Shown here: positions 1 to 12,256 of the stretch, in pieces
How positions within the stretch are numbered: the first letter of the stretch is position 1
Layout: every line of letters begins with the position of its first letter
Assembly (NCBI GenBank): GCA_950097015.1
Contig: CATNEN010000037.1
Span: 2,418,001 to 2,482,000, forward strand
Origin: Macrostomum hystrix
Taxonomy: Eukaryota > Animalia > Platyhelminthes
Direction of reading: 5' to 3'
Length of the DNA stretch: 64,000 nt
Program-made: the position numbers and the translations under genes
The notes under the pieces: generated by a model
Told to the model about the DNA's origin: nothing
Seen by the model: the letters and a program-made list of their open reading frames with translations, nothing else
Database searches by the model: none

Positions 1-392
1 TTTGCCACTAAGTCCTTGAGACTACCCGGTGGGTATTTCTCTCCATTCTCCTTACGAATCTCGAAGACGAAGAATTGGAGAAGCTCATTCACCTCAGACT
101 TTGACAGCACCTCAAGTGGCTTTATCACCATGAGTCCGGGCACGTCGCCTTGCGCTTGCAACTGGCCGCGACTTTCCTTCCACGTTCAAAACACATTGAC
201 AGCCCACTTCTCCTTCGCACGCGTAACGTCGGGCAAACTCTCCGCCATCCTACGCTCCACGTCGTCGGCACTTAACACCTCACCAACACGAGTAGTATCA
301 AGCAACGGCAGAAACTTCACATCGGTGGCGGGTGAGGCTTCAAAAGAGTCCAAGAATGCAGAAAAGTCTAATTCTTCTTCAGCGTCGGCCAT
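1..392 (-). mobile_element. Crypton-like (DUF3504/ZMYM-KCTD1-QRICH1 family) tyrosine-recombinase ORF, N-terminal part, with one in-frame stop; continues beyond the left edge
   Basis: The minus strand from the ATG at 392 reads MADAEEELDF...SLPDVTRAKEKWAVNVF*TWKESR...LSKSEVNELLQFFVFEIRKENGEKYPPGSLKDLVA. The WAVxVFxxW and FxxExRKxxGxxYxPxSL motifs are typical of the N-terminal half of Crypton/DUF3504 proteins. The TGA at 186-188 interrupts an otherwise open frame. Confidence 0.8.
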
Positions 393-480
393 CGTGGATG
401 CAAATAAACTCGAAGCTAGCAAGACTGATCTCTCTCTCTGACTGACTGACTGACTGAGCCAGCATCGAATTTCATATAAA

Positions 481-884
481 ATAGTGGCTGCTTAATTGGC
501 AGTCTATGGTTAAAAAGTCCTCGGCCACGCTCAATAGTATATTATTACCCAGGCTTTCAGGGCGATAATGGGAAAGCCAGAGGGCGCCGAAGGCGCCCGA
601 GGGATTTCTCATTATCGCCCGCAAAGCCTGGGTAATACTGTGATTGTACCATAGACTATGTGGCTTATAGTGTGTGGCTATACGTTAAAATACACAAAAA
701 TAATCCATTATCGGCGCAACTTTTCGGGCCAAAATGACATCGTCTATGGCAATAATCGAATATCAGCCCGCCCGATAGCCACGTAGTCATGGTACAATAG
801 TCCTCGGCTCGCTTCGCTCGCCTCGGACCATTAAACGCAGCCTCAGACTTTCTAACCATAGAATGCCAATTAAGCAGCCACTAT
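481..884. mobile_element. 404-bp MITE-like non-autonomous element with 39-bp terminal inverted repeats and internal hairpins
   Basis: ATAGTGGCTGCTTAATTGGCAGTCTATGGTTAAAAAGTC (481-519) is the reverse complement of 846-884 with 2 mismatches. There are internal 33-bp inverted arms at 543-575 and 605-637. Confidence 0.8.
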
Positions 885-1611
885 CATATACATAACACAC
901 ATGAAGGGCGTGTCTTTAGCATCTAGATGCTAAAGATTCTATATATACCGAGTACCGGTAGAAGGCCTTGGTGTGACTTTACAAATTCTGAGCAAATCTA
1001 GAGGCAAATAAAAAATGAATAACTTGAAAGATTGAAAAGAGGTTACTCGTATACATTTCGGTTTACTTTTTCATACCTTTTTTCTCTCATTCTAATTAGA
1101 ATCCGGGAATTGATTTTTAATGAAGATAAAAATTCTATTTTCCCAACTTCACAAATTCCTCAGGGTTGCTGAGCTGTTGTTAATTAAATGTGCCTGCTTG
1201 CGGAGTCTGAGATTGAGCAGTCTCAGCCTCCCTCAGGTATGGAATGCACAAACCTATTTACATCTCGCCGGTACACAACAGACTATGTAAAAAGCTGTAG
1301 TAGAGAAATTTTCTTCTTGAGTTTATTTGACACGTCCTGATTTTTTATCCATGTGAGACAGATAGTGGACAGCATGCTTCCCGGAAAAGAAGAACACAGA
1401 CGCGTGAGATAATTGAAGGACAGAGAATCGGATCGAAACATAACAGCGCAAAGAGAGCAGAGAACGAATCTGATGCAAATTCAATTCAGGAACTGGCTTC
1501 GCAATGGGGCAGGAGATAGACAGTACTAATGAACTGAAAGACAGACAGAATATTTTGCGAAAGACAGGACAATACTGGAACAGACTGAGAGAGATTTGGA
1601 GAGAAATCTCC

Positions 1612-1903
1612 GCGAGGAGGCAATTCTGCCCATTTCGCTGACTCCAGAGCACACGCACACAGATACTGTACGCAGGCACACACTCACACTGGTGTGTACA
1701 TCTGCCCTGACTTTCTCATCGTCAGGCAGTGTACACTCTCACTGTGCTTCGGAGGTTGGCCCTGAAGGGTGTAAATTGCATGACGAGCCCCTAAGCCTTC
1801 TCTCCGCGGCTGCGCCCCAAATGAATGTGGTCTCGTCGCGGAATCGAACTCAGGAACCTTGGTGCGAGAGGCAAACGCGTTAGACCGCTCTCCCACTCAC
1901 CCC
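1612..1903 (-). mobile_element. tRNA-derived SINE, family A, copy 1 (lacks tail)
   Basis: The reverse complement begins GGGGTGAGTGGGAGAGCGGTCTAACGCG...GAGTTCGATTCC, with A-box-like and B-box motifs. The body is shared with copies at 14030, 16931, 29913 and 41554. Confidence 0.85.
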
Positions 1904-1945
1904 TTAGAAGCGGACTCCAGCAGAGAAGTCCCAAACAGTCAAAAG

Positions 1946-3239
1946 CCCCCCACCTGCTGCAGTTGCTGCTTTGGCTAGTTCTATTATCGATAAAGAAGCT
2001 CATTGTGGAAACCCCACCTGCTGCAGTTGCTGCTTTGGCTAGTTCTATTATCGATAAAGAAGCTCATTGTGGAAACCCCACCTGCTGCAGTTGCTGCTTT
2101 GGCTAGTTCTATTATCGATAAAGAAGCTCATTGTGGAAACCCCACCTGCTGCAGTTGCTGCTTTGGCTAGTTCTATTATCGATAAAGAAGCTCATTGTGG
2201 AAACCCCACCTGCTGTGCAGTTGCTGCTTTGGCTAGTTCTATTATCGATAAAGAAGCTCATTGTGGAAACCCCACCTGCTGCAGTTGCTGCTTTGGCTAG
2301 TTCTATTATCGATAAAGAAGCTCATTGTGGAAACCCCACCTGCTGCAGTTGCTGCTTTGGCTAGTTGTTCTATTATCGATAAAGAAGCTCATTGTGGAAA
2401 CCCCACCTGCTGCAGTTGCTGCTTTGGCTAGTTCTATTATCGATAAAGAAGCTCATTGTGGAAACCCCACCTGCTGCAGTTGCTGCTTTGGCTAGTTCTA
2501 TTATCGATAAAGAAGCTCATTGTGGAAACCCCACCTGCTGCAGTTGCTGCTTTGGCTAGTTCTATTATCGATAAAGAAGCTCATTGTGGAAACCCCACCT
2601 GCTGCAGTTGCTGCTTTGGCTAGTTCTATTATCGATAAAGAAGCTCATTGTGGAAACCCCACCTGCTGCAGTTGCTGCTTTGGCTAGTTCTATTATCGAT
2701 AAAGAAGCTCATTGTGGAAACCCCACCTGCTGCAGTTGCTGCTTTGGCTAGTTCTATTATCGATAAAGAAGCTCATTGTGGAAACCCCACATGCTGCAGT
2801 TGCTGCTTTGGCTAGTTCTATTATCGATAAAGAAGCTCATTGTGGAAACCCCACCTGCTGTGCAGTTGCTGCTTTGGCTAGTTCTATTATCGATAAAGAA
2901 GCTCATTGTGGAAACCCCACCTGCTGCAGTTGCTGCTTTGGCTAGTTCTATTATCGATAAAGAAGCTCATTGTGGAAACCCCACCTGCTGCAGTTGCTGC
3001 TTTGGCTAGTTCTATTATCGATAAAGAAGCTCATTGTGGAAACCCCACCTGCTGTGCAGTTGCTGCTTTGGCTAGTTCTATTATCGATAAAGAAGCTCAT
3101 TGTGGAAACCCCACCTGCTGCAGTTGCTGCTTTGGCTAGTTCTATTATCGATAAAGAAGCTCATTGTGGAAACCCCACCTGCTGCAGTTGCTGCTTTGGC
3201 TAGTTCTATTATCGATAAAGAAGCTCATTGTGGAAACCC
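1946..3239. repeat. 64-bp minisatellite, about 20 copies
   Basis: Unit CCCCACCTGCTGCAGTTGCTGCTTTGGCTAGTTCTATTATCGATAAAGAAGCTCATTGTGGAAA, with occasional +2/+3 bp variants. Confidence 0.97.
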
Positions 3240-4303
3240 TGTATGAGTAGCTCATTCCGTGAGCTGCTAAGCTACCAGACAGAATGTGAGTACTGAATGA
3301 CGACTAGTAGATTCCAGGGAGTTAGAAAGTTGTGAGCGAAAGCCACTTCAAGCGTGAAATAGACTTCCCGGCGTTTCGAGCGACGGTTGTAGGCCTCGCC
3401 CTCGAGCGCAGACTTTTCAGTCTTTCATAGCTTCCCTCTTGTTTGGTAACTCTGTGCTCTGTGAGCTTGGGCTGAAGCAGGGCGTTGTTAATCAGATAAC
3501 AGCTACTCCGCTGTGCACTAGCACGCGAGAGAAAGGAAAGTGATGGAAGTCGAGAGAGAGAGAGGGAGCCATTCCCAGCCGTAGTTCAACTCACAAAGTC
3601 ACGTAATATAGCCTAAGTGCTATTTCTGCGACAAAACTATCAACAACATGAAGCAGTTATTTTTTGTTCTAAGAAAGGCTTTCCGATTAAGAATTTTTCT
3701 TAATCTTCTTTCCCACTGGCGCTAAATCGAGCCTAGTTGTAATTTAAATAAATATTTCTACTCTTAAATAAATATTCTATTTTTAAAGAATTGCATCCCT
3801 TTTCTGAAATTCCAAGGTTCCCATGCTACTCCGTTTCTTCTCTCCTGATTTTTAACAATCTGTTGAGCAGACTTGGGGATCGCTATTTCACCAACTAAAA
3901 ATCCTTTACGAACTAGTAATAACAAATCAATACAGTACGTGACTGGTAGCTGGGCGGGTTGGGCACTGGGGTTGGTTGATGGAGAATGTGAGCAGTTATT
4001 CTCAGAGCTTTGAGGATGGAGAATCAACACTATTTTACCGCCGCCACCACCGCAGCCTTGAATAAACTAAAAACTGCTGCTGTTGCCGCTGCCGCAAATT
4101 TAGAACTATAGCAACAGCAGCACGACCTGGCGCCTGACATGTCCACTGACACATTTTAGCCTCATGGCAATAAACAATAGCTTTTCAAATATTAAGACCT
4201 ATACTAGCACTTTATGCCTTCTAACAACTATCGGAGACTTTGGTTACAAAAGCTAATGAAACTTGTAACTCTAATTGTAACTCAAACGCTTTCACTTACA
4301 CCC

Positions 4304-4740
4304 TACCATTCAAACCCTATTATTCACACCCTACCATTCACACCCTACCATTCACACCCTACCATTCACACCCTACCATTCACACCCTACCATTCACACC
4401 CTACCATTCACACCCTACCATTCACACCCTACCATTCACACCCTACCATTCACACCCTACCATTCACACCCTACCATTCACACCCTACCATTCACACCCT
4501 ACCATTCACACCCTACCATTCACACCCTACCATTCACACCCTACCATTCACACCCTACCATTCACACCCTACCATTCACACCCTACCATTCACACCCTAC
4601 CATTCACACCCTACCATTCACACCCTACCATTCACACCCTACCATTCACACCCTACCATTCACACCCTACCATTCACACCCTACCATTCACGCCTTACCA
4701 TTCACGCACCTGCCATAGCTACCATTCGCACCCTACGATT
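4304..4740. repeat. 14-bp tandem repeat (CACACCCTACCATT)n, about 30 copies
   Basis: Directly visible near-perfect array with degenerate edges. Confidence 0.97.
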
Positions 4741-5184
4741 CTCACCAGTTGCAGAAGCTGACAGCAAAGCAAGCATTTTTTCAGTCAGAAAAAGCAGGAC
4801 AGAACAGTTTTAGTTCCGCTTAGAAATATGGAAAACTTTAAAGAATTAAAGCCGAGAAGCTAAGGGAATTTGGCCACCTATTTTTCATCAGCTCACCCTG
4901 AGAACCACTTGGCCAGATCTGGAGCTGGCCTCCACCTCTGATATATTTCGCGAAGTTAGCAAATGGGGAAAAAAAATTTGGGAATGGAATTGGCTAAGTT
5001 AGCTTTGGCTGTTGTTTGGCTGCGATCCACTTGCTTCATGTTTGTTTCCAAAGCTGCCCAAATCCTATTTTTATGAATCTTTGCATCTATGCAGTGGTTA
5101 TCTTTTAGCTCATGCCTCACATGCAGTGACTCATTTGACAAATAGCAGTGAGATTCTAATACAACCTGCTGTTTAAAGTACATT

Positions 5185-5752
5185 TACCGTTCTCACCTCA
5201 TCCGCCATTCTCACCTCATCTGCCATTCTCACCTCATCTGCCATTCTCACCTCATCTGCCATTCTCACCTCATCTGCCATTCTCACCTCATCTGCCATTC
5301 TCACCTCATCCGCCATTCTCACCTCATCTGCCATTCTCACCTCATCCGCCATTCTCACCTCATCTGCCATTCTCACCTCATCTGCCATTCTCACCTCATC
5401 TGCCATTCTCACCTCATCTGCCATTCTCACCTCATCTGCCATTCTCACCTCATCTGCCATTCTCACCTCATCTGCCATTCTCACCTCATCTGCCATTCTC
5501 ACCTCATCTGCCATTCTCACCTCATCTGCCATTCTCACCTTATCTGCCATTCTCACCTTATCTGCCATTCTCACCTTATCTGCCATTCTCACCTCATCTG
5601 CCATTCTCACCTCATCTGCCATTCTCACCTCATCCGCCATCCCAACCCATCTGCCACTCCCACCCCATCCGCCACTCCCACCCCATCCGCCACTCCCAAC
5701 CCGTCCGCCACTCCCACCCCGTCCGCCACTCCCACCTCATCCGCCACTCCCA
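5185..5752. repeat. 18-bp tandem repeat (CCATTCTCACCTCATCTG)n grading into CCACTCCCACCCCATCCG
   Basis: Directly visible; ends about 45 bp before the first visible GPCR exon. Confidence 0.95.
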
Positions 5753-5796
5753 CTTGGGTCTAAAATCGCCGTTCCACCTGCCACCTCTACTCGCAG

Positions 5797-5939
5797 CCTC
5801 TCCGAAGATAATCTCGGGCCAGGTGCAGTGTCGCAAGCGCAACGACAATGTCCCCATCATCACCGGAGTTGTGGGCGCTCCGTCGTCGATCACATCAAAT
5901 CACGTGGCCTCGCTGTTGAAACTGTTCGACATTCCGCAG
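5797..5939 (+). CDS. mtt: mGluR-family (mXR/mangetout-like) class C GPCR, first visible exon (Venus flytrap domain)
   Basis: Encodes ...ITGVVGAPSSITSNHVASLLKLFDIPQ, followed by donor GTAAAG at 5940. The acceptor is inferred at ctcgcag/5796 and is uncertain. The N-terminal exons are not in the window. The gene symbol is a tentative orthology call. Confidence 0.85.
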
Positions 5940-6035
5940 GTAAAGTCGGAAATTTGTGTTTGTGAAAACTCGCCATTCATAAAGAAAGAGATCAGAAAAA
6001 GAAATTATCCCGCCCTGAATTTATCCCGGCAACAG

Positions 6036-6206
6036 ATCAGCTTTTTTTCAACAGCTCCCCAACTGTCGAACAAGAACCGATTTCCGTACTTTCTGCGGAC
6101 AATACCGTCGGACAAGTACCAGGCTATTGTTATTGTGGACCTGATCAAATCATTTAACTGGTCCTATGTGTCCATTGTCTATGAGGATTCTAAGTACGGC
6201 AAAGAG
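6036..6206 (+). CDS. mtt: mGluR/mXR-like exon (Venus flytrap domain)
   Basis: ISFFSTAPQLSNKNRFPYFLRTIPSDKYQA...WSYVSIVYEDSKYGKE; cag acceptor and GTGAGC donor, phase 0/0. Confidence 0.95.
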
Positions 6207-6273
6207 GTGAGCCTAGACTTTGGTGGAAATCTGTTGGCGGATACGAACGACTTTGTACTTTTACTATTTTTAG

Positions 6274-6436
6274 GCCTTCGAAGAGTTGGAGCTGCTATTT
6301 AGAAAGAATAAAATATGCGCCGCTCTGGCTGACACTCTGCCAAGGGACTCCAAGTTGGCCAAGATTGAGGAATACTACGCCAAGATTCACCGGCTAGTGA
6401 AGCACCAGAGCACATTCGATGGCATCGGAGCGTCAG
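6274..6436 (+). CDS. mtt: mGluR/mXR-like exon (Venus flytrap domain)
   Basis: AFEELELLFRKNKICAA...GIGASG; tttttag acceptor and GTGAGA donor, phase 0/1. Confidence 0.92.
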
Positions 6437-6469
6437 GTGAGACAATCACTCTATTGCCTCTAAGAGGAG

Positions 6470-6920
6470 CTAGGTGGGTGCAGGAAGGAGTGGGGTGGGG
6501 GCAGAAAGGAGTGGGGTGGGTGCAGAAAGGAGTGGGGTGAGTGCAGAAAGGATTGGGGTGGGTGCAGAAAGGAGTGGGGTGGGTGCTGGATGTGAGGCCG
6601 GTGCAGGAAGTAGTGAGGTGGTTTGAGGAAGGCGTGAGGTGGTTTAAGGAAGGAGTGAGGTGGTTTAAGGAAGGAGTGAGATGGTTTAAGGAAGGAGTGA
6701 GGAGTTTTAAGGAAGGAGTGAGGTGGTTTAAGGAAGGAGTGAGATGGTTTAAGGAAGGAGTGAGGAGTTTTAAGGAAGGAGTGAGGTGGTTTAAGGAAGG
6801 AGTAGGGTGGTTTAAGAAAGGAGTGAGGTGGTTGCAGGACGGAGTGAGGTGGGTGCAGGAAGGAGTGAGGATGCAGGAATGAGTGAGGTGGGTGAAAGAA
6901 GGGGTGAGGTGGTTTAGGGA
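6470..6920. repeat. Intronic 21-bp G-rich tandem repeat (GGAGTGAGGTGGTTTAAGGAA and variants)
   Basis: About 21 copies; the 5' units carry GGGG/GGG tracts. Confidence 0.92.
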
Positions 6921-6971
6921 AGCGTACAAAACAAGCAGCAGTGTTTAAATTTTTGTCCCTCATCCCACCAG

Positions 6972-7117
6972 GCGTGGTTATATTTGGCTCGGACCAGGAG
7001 GTCGGAGATTTCATGTCGGCTGTGCGGGATCTGAATTACACGGACAAGTTCAACTGGATCGGCTCGGATGGCTGGGGAGCCAGGCCTCTTGTTTACAAAG
7101 ACAACACTGAGCGAGTG
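6972..7117 (+). CDS. mtt: mGluR/mXR-like exon (Venus flytrap domain)
   Basis: GVVIFGSDQEVGDFMSAVRDLNYTDKFNWIGSDGWGARPLV; cag acceptor and GTAAGC donor, phase 1/0. Confidence 0.95.
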
Positions 7118-7625
7118 GTAAGCGAATTGAACCAATAAAAATTGTCAGCAGGCTTTCGAAATATCTGCAAAAATTTATTTTTGTAAATTTCGAATTCATG
7201 GAATTTGAGTGCTGCTCGTATTTTATTCAGAAATTAATCAAACATTGCCCAAAAACTAGTTTTCTAAGACTTGAAGTCAAACAGGAAACATCCCTTCTAC
7301 AAGCTATATTTCAAGCAGCTAATTCAAAATCCTCAGTCCTTTGACTGACTGACAAACTGCTACTATCTGAGAATTTCAGTGAAGCAGTTTCTTAGAAAAA
7401 AAGTTAAATCAGCGAGTTAAGGCAACCCGATAGCACTTCTGAAAGACTCAAATTTCTGCCACAAAAGAATCCTTTGGTAGCTAAGGGCCTTATCGATTTT
7501 ACTGAGTGAGGCTTGTTATCGATTATTTCGATATTTCTGTACGAAGAGACTGTCTTGTGGTAGACGCTGATGCTGTTACTTAATGCAGAGCAGATTTTAG
7601 GAAGTAAGAAATGTCTGAGAAATGT

Positions 7626-10600
7626 CATGACGAACCCTCGATCCTTCATGAGGAACCCTCGATCCTTCATGAGGAACCCTCGATCCTTCATGAGAAACCC
7701 TCGAGCCTTCATGAGAAACCCTCGAGCCTTCATGAGGAACCCTCGATCCTTCATGAGAAACCCTCGATCCTTCATGAGGAACCCTCGATCCTTCATGAGA
7801 AACCCTCGAGCCTTCATGAGAAACCCTCGATCCATCATGAGAAACCTTCGATCCTTCATGAGAAACCCTCGATCCTTCATGAGAAACCCTCGATCCTTCA
7901 TGAGGAACCCTCGATCCTTCATGAGGAACCCTCAAGCCTTCATGAGGAACCCTCGATCCTTCATGAGGAACCCTCGATCCTTCATGAGGAACCCTCGAGC
8001 CTTCATGAGGAACTCTCGATCCTTCATGAGGAACCCTCGAGCCTTCATGAGGAACCCTCGATCCTTCATGAGGAACCCTCGATCCTTCATGAGAAATCCT
8101 CGATCCTTCATGAGGAACTCTCGATCCTTCATGAGGAACCCTCGATCCTTCATGACGAACCCTCGATCCTTCATGAGGAACCCTCGATCCTTCATGAGGA
8201 ACCCTCGATCCTTCATGAGGAACCCTCGATCTTTCTTGAGGAACCCTCGATCCATCATGAGGAACCCTCGAGCCTTCATGAGGAACCCTCGAGCCTTCAT
8301 GAGGAACTCTCGATCCTTCATGAGGAACCCTCGATCCTTCATGAGGGACCCTCGATCCTTCATGAGGAACCCTCGATCCTTCATGAGGAACCCTCGATCC
8401 TTCATGAGGAACCCTCGATCCTTCATGAGGAACCCTCGATCCTTCATGAGGAACCCTCGATCCTTCATGAGGAACCCTCGATCCTTCATGAGGAACCCTC
8501 GATCCTTCATGAGGAACCCTCGATCTTTCTTGAGGAACCCTCGATCCATCATGAGGAACCCTCGAGCCTTCATGAGGAACCCTCGAGCCTTCATGAGGAA
8601 CCCTCGATCCTTCATGAGGAACCCTCGATCCTTCATGAGGGACCCTCGATCCTTCATGAGGAACCCTCGATCCTTCATGAGGAACCCTCGATCCTTCATG
8701 AGGAACCCTCGAGCCTTCATGAGGAACCCTCGATCCATCATGAGGAACCCTCGATCCTTCATGAGGAACCCTCGATCCATCATGAGGAACCCTCGATCCT
8801 TCATGAGGAACCCTCGATCCTTCATGAGGAACCCTCGATCCTTCATGAGGAACCCTCGATCCTTCATGAGAAACCCTCGATCCTTCATGAGAAACCCTCG
8901 ATCTTTCTTGAGGAACCCTCGAGCCTTCATGAGAAACCCTCGATCCTTCATGAGAAACCCTCGATCCTTCATGAGGAACCCTCGATCCATCATGAGGAAC
9001 CCTCGATCCTTCATGAGGAACCCTCGATCCTTCATGAGGAACCCTCGATCCTTCATGAGGAACCCTCGAGCCTTCATGAGGAACCCTCGATCCATCATGA
9101 GGAACCCTCGATCCTTCATGAGGAACCCTCGAGCCTTCATGAGGAACCCTCGATCCATCATGAGGAACCCTCGATCCTTCATGAGGAACCCTCGATCCTT
9201 CATGAGGAACCCTCGATCCTTCATGAGGAACCCTCGATCCTTCATGAGGAACCCTCGATCCTTCATGAGGAACCCTCGATCCTTCATGAGGAACCCTCGA
9301 GCCTTCATGAGGAACCCTCGATCCATCATGAGGAACCCTCGATCCTTCATGAGGAACCCTCGATCCTTCATGAGGAACTCTCGATCCTTCATGAGGAACC
9401 CTCGATCCTTCATGAGAAACCCTCGATCCTTCATGAGGAACCCTCGATCCTTCATGAGAAACCCTCGAGCCTTCATGAGAAACCCTCGAGCCTTCATGAG
9501 GAACCCTCGATCCTTCATGAGAAACCCTCGATCCTTCATGAGAAACCCTCGATCCTTCATGAGAAACCCTCGATCCTTCATGAGAAACCCTCGATCCATC
9601 ATGAGAAACCCTCGATCCTTCATGAGGAACCCTCGATCCTTCATGAGGAACCCTCGATCCTATATGAGGAACCCTCGATCCTTCATGAGGAACCCTCGAG
9701 CCTTCATGAGGAACCCTCGATCCTTCATGAGGAACCCTCGAGCCTTCATGAGGAACCCTCGATCCATCATGAGGAACCCTCGATCCTTCATGAGGAACCC
9801 TCGAGCCTTCATGAGGAACCCTCGATCCTTCATGAGGAACCCTCGATCCTTCATGAGGAACCCTCGATCCTTCATGAGGAACTCTCGATCCTTCATGAGG
9901 AACTCTCGATCCTTCATGAGAAACCCTCGATCCTTCATGAGGAACTCTCGATCCTTCATGAGAAACCCTCGATCCTTCATGAGGAACCCTCGATCCTTCA
10001 TGAGAAACCCTCGATCCATCATGAGGAACCCTCGATCCTTCATGAGGAACCCTCGATCCTTCATGAGAAACCCTCGATCCATCATGAGGAACCCTCGATC
10101 CTTCATGAGGAACTCTCGATCCTTCATGAGAAACCCTCGATCCTTCATGAGAAACCCTCGAGCCTTCATGAGGAACCCTCGATCCTTCATGAGGAACCCT
10201 CGAGCCTTCATGAGGAACCCTCGAGCCTTCATGAGGAACTCTCGAGCCTTCATGAGGAACCCACGATCCTTCATGAGGAACCCTCGAGCCTTCATGAGAA
10301 ACCCTCGATCCTTCATGAGGAACTCTCGATCCTTCATGAGAAACCCTCGATCCTTCATGAGAAACCCTCGATCCTTCATGAGGAACTCTCGATTGTTCAT
10401 GAGGAACCCTCGATTTTTCATGAGGAACCCTCGATTGTTCATGAGGAACCCTCGATCCTTCATGAGGAACCCTCGATCCTTCATGAGGAACCCTCGATCC
10501 TTCATGAGGAACCCTCGATCCTTCATGAGGAACCCTCGATCCTTCATGAGGAACCCTCGATCCTTCATGAGGAACCCTCGATCCTTCATGAGGAACTCTC

Positions 10601-11910
10601 GATCCTTCATGAGAAACCCTCGAGCCTTCATGAGGAACCCTCGAGCCTTCATGAGGAACCCTCGATCCTTCATGAGGAACCCTCGATCCATCATGAGGAA
10701 CCCTCGAGCCTTCATTAGGAACCCTCGATCCTTCATGAGGAACCCTCGATCCTTCATGAGGAACCCTCGATCCTTCATGAGGAACCCTCGATCCTTCATG
10801 AGGAACTCTCGAGCCTTCATGAGAAACCCTCGATCCTTCATGAGGAACCCTCGAGCCTTCATGAGAAACCCTCGATCCTTCATGAGGAACCCTCGATCCT
10901 TCATGAGGAACCCTCGATCCTTCATGAGGAACCCTCGATCCTTCATGAGGAACCCTCGATCCTTCATGAGGAACCCTCGATCCTTCATGAGGAACTCTCG
11001 AGCCTTCATGAGGAACTCTCGATCCTTCATGAGAAACCCTCGATCCTTCATGAGGAACCCTCGATCCTTCATGAGGAACTCTCGAGCCTTCATGAGAAAC
11101 CCTCGATCCTTCATGAGGAACCCTCGAGCCTTCATGAGAAACCCTCGATCCTTCATGAGGAACCCTCGATCCATCATGAGGAACCCTCGATCCTTCATGA
11201 GGAACCCTCGATCCTTCATGAGGAACCCTCGATCCTTCATGAGGAACCCTCGATCCTTCATGAGGAACTCTCGAGCCTTCATGAGGAACTCTCGATCCTT
11301 CATGAGAAACCCTCGATCCTTCATGAGGAACCCTCGATCCTTCATGAGGAACCCTCGATCCTTCATGAGGAACCCTCGATCCTTCATGAGGAACCCTCGA
11401 TCCTTCATGAGGAACCCTCGATCCTTCATGAGGAACCCTCGATCCTTCATGAGAAACCCTCGATCCTTCATGAGGAACCCTCGATCCTTCATGAGAAACC
11501 CTCGATCCTTCATGAGGAACTCTCGATCCTTCATGAGAAACCCTCGATCCTTCATGAGAAACCCTCGATTTTTCATGAGGAACCCTCGATCCTTCATGAG
11601 AAACCCTCGATCCTTCATGAGGAACCCTCGATCCTTCATGAGGAACCCTCGATCCTTCATGAGGAACCCTCGATCCTTCATGAGGAACCCTCGATCCTTC
11701 ATGAGGAACCCTCGATCCTTTATGAGAAACCCTCGATCCTTCATGAGGAACCCTCGATTGTTCATGAGGAACCCTCGATCCTTCATGAGGAACCCTCGAT
11801 CCTTCATGAGGAACCCTCGAGCCTTCATGAGGAACTCTCGATCCTTCATGAGGAACCCTCGAGCCTTCATGAGGAACCCTCGATCCTTCATGAGGAACCC
11901 TCGATCCTTC
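7626..11910. repeat. Intronic 21-bp minisatellite (ATGAGGAACCCTCGATCCTTC)n, about 200 copies, 4.3 kb
   Basis: Directly visible. It generates the 1449, 1035, 779 and 570 aa artefact ORFs. Confidence 0.98.
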
Positions 11911-11965
11911 AGGATGTGATACACATTCTTTAGAATGGTTTTCATTCCGATCCTCAACGCTTCAG

Positions 11966-12256
11966 GTCGAGGGCGCAGTGACCGTGCAGCCTTTGGCAAA
12001 GGAGGTTCAGGGCTTCAAGAGCTATTTCCTAGGCCTGACACCAGCTAACAATGAGCGAAATCCTTGGTTCAGCGAGTTCTGGGAGGACTACTTCGAGTGC
12101 CGAGTCAACGGAGCCACGGAGACTCCCTACAATCAGCAATACAAAGAGAACTGCGACGAAAATCTGCGAATGTCGGAGAAGGATAGCAAATTCCTGTTGG
12201 AACAGCAGCTGCAGTTTGTCAGCGATGCTGTCATGGCGTTTGCTGTGGCGCTTCGG
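11966..12256 (+). CDS. mtt: mGluR/mXR-like exon (Venus flytrap domain)
   Basis: VEGAVTVQPLAKEVQGFKSYF...NNERNPWFSEFWEDYFEC...EQQLQFVSDAVMAFAVALR; ttcag acceptor and GTTGGT donor, phase 0/0. Confidence 0.93.

Noticed and set aside
16-441. 141-aa plus-strand ORF
   Set aside because: It is an antisense shadow of the Crypton-like ORF and has no recognisable motifs.
1946-3239. 64-bp repeats as a CRISPR array or as short repeated ORFs
   Set aside because: These are head-to-tail identical units without spacers; the ORFs are frame-shifting artefacts.
7404-11999. ORFs of 570-1449 aa (MRNPRSF, HEEPSIL and MKDRGFL repeats)
   Set aside because: They are translations of a 21-bp satellite, open on both strands, lying inside a phase-consistent GPCR intron.
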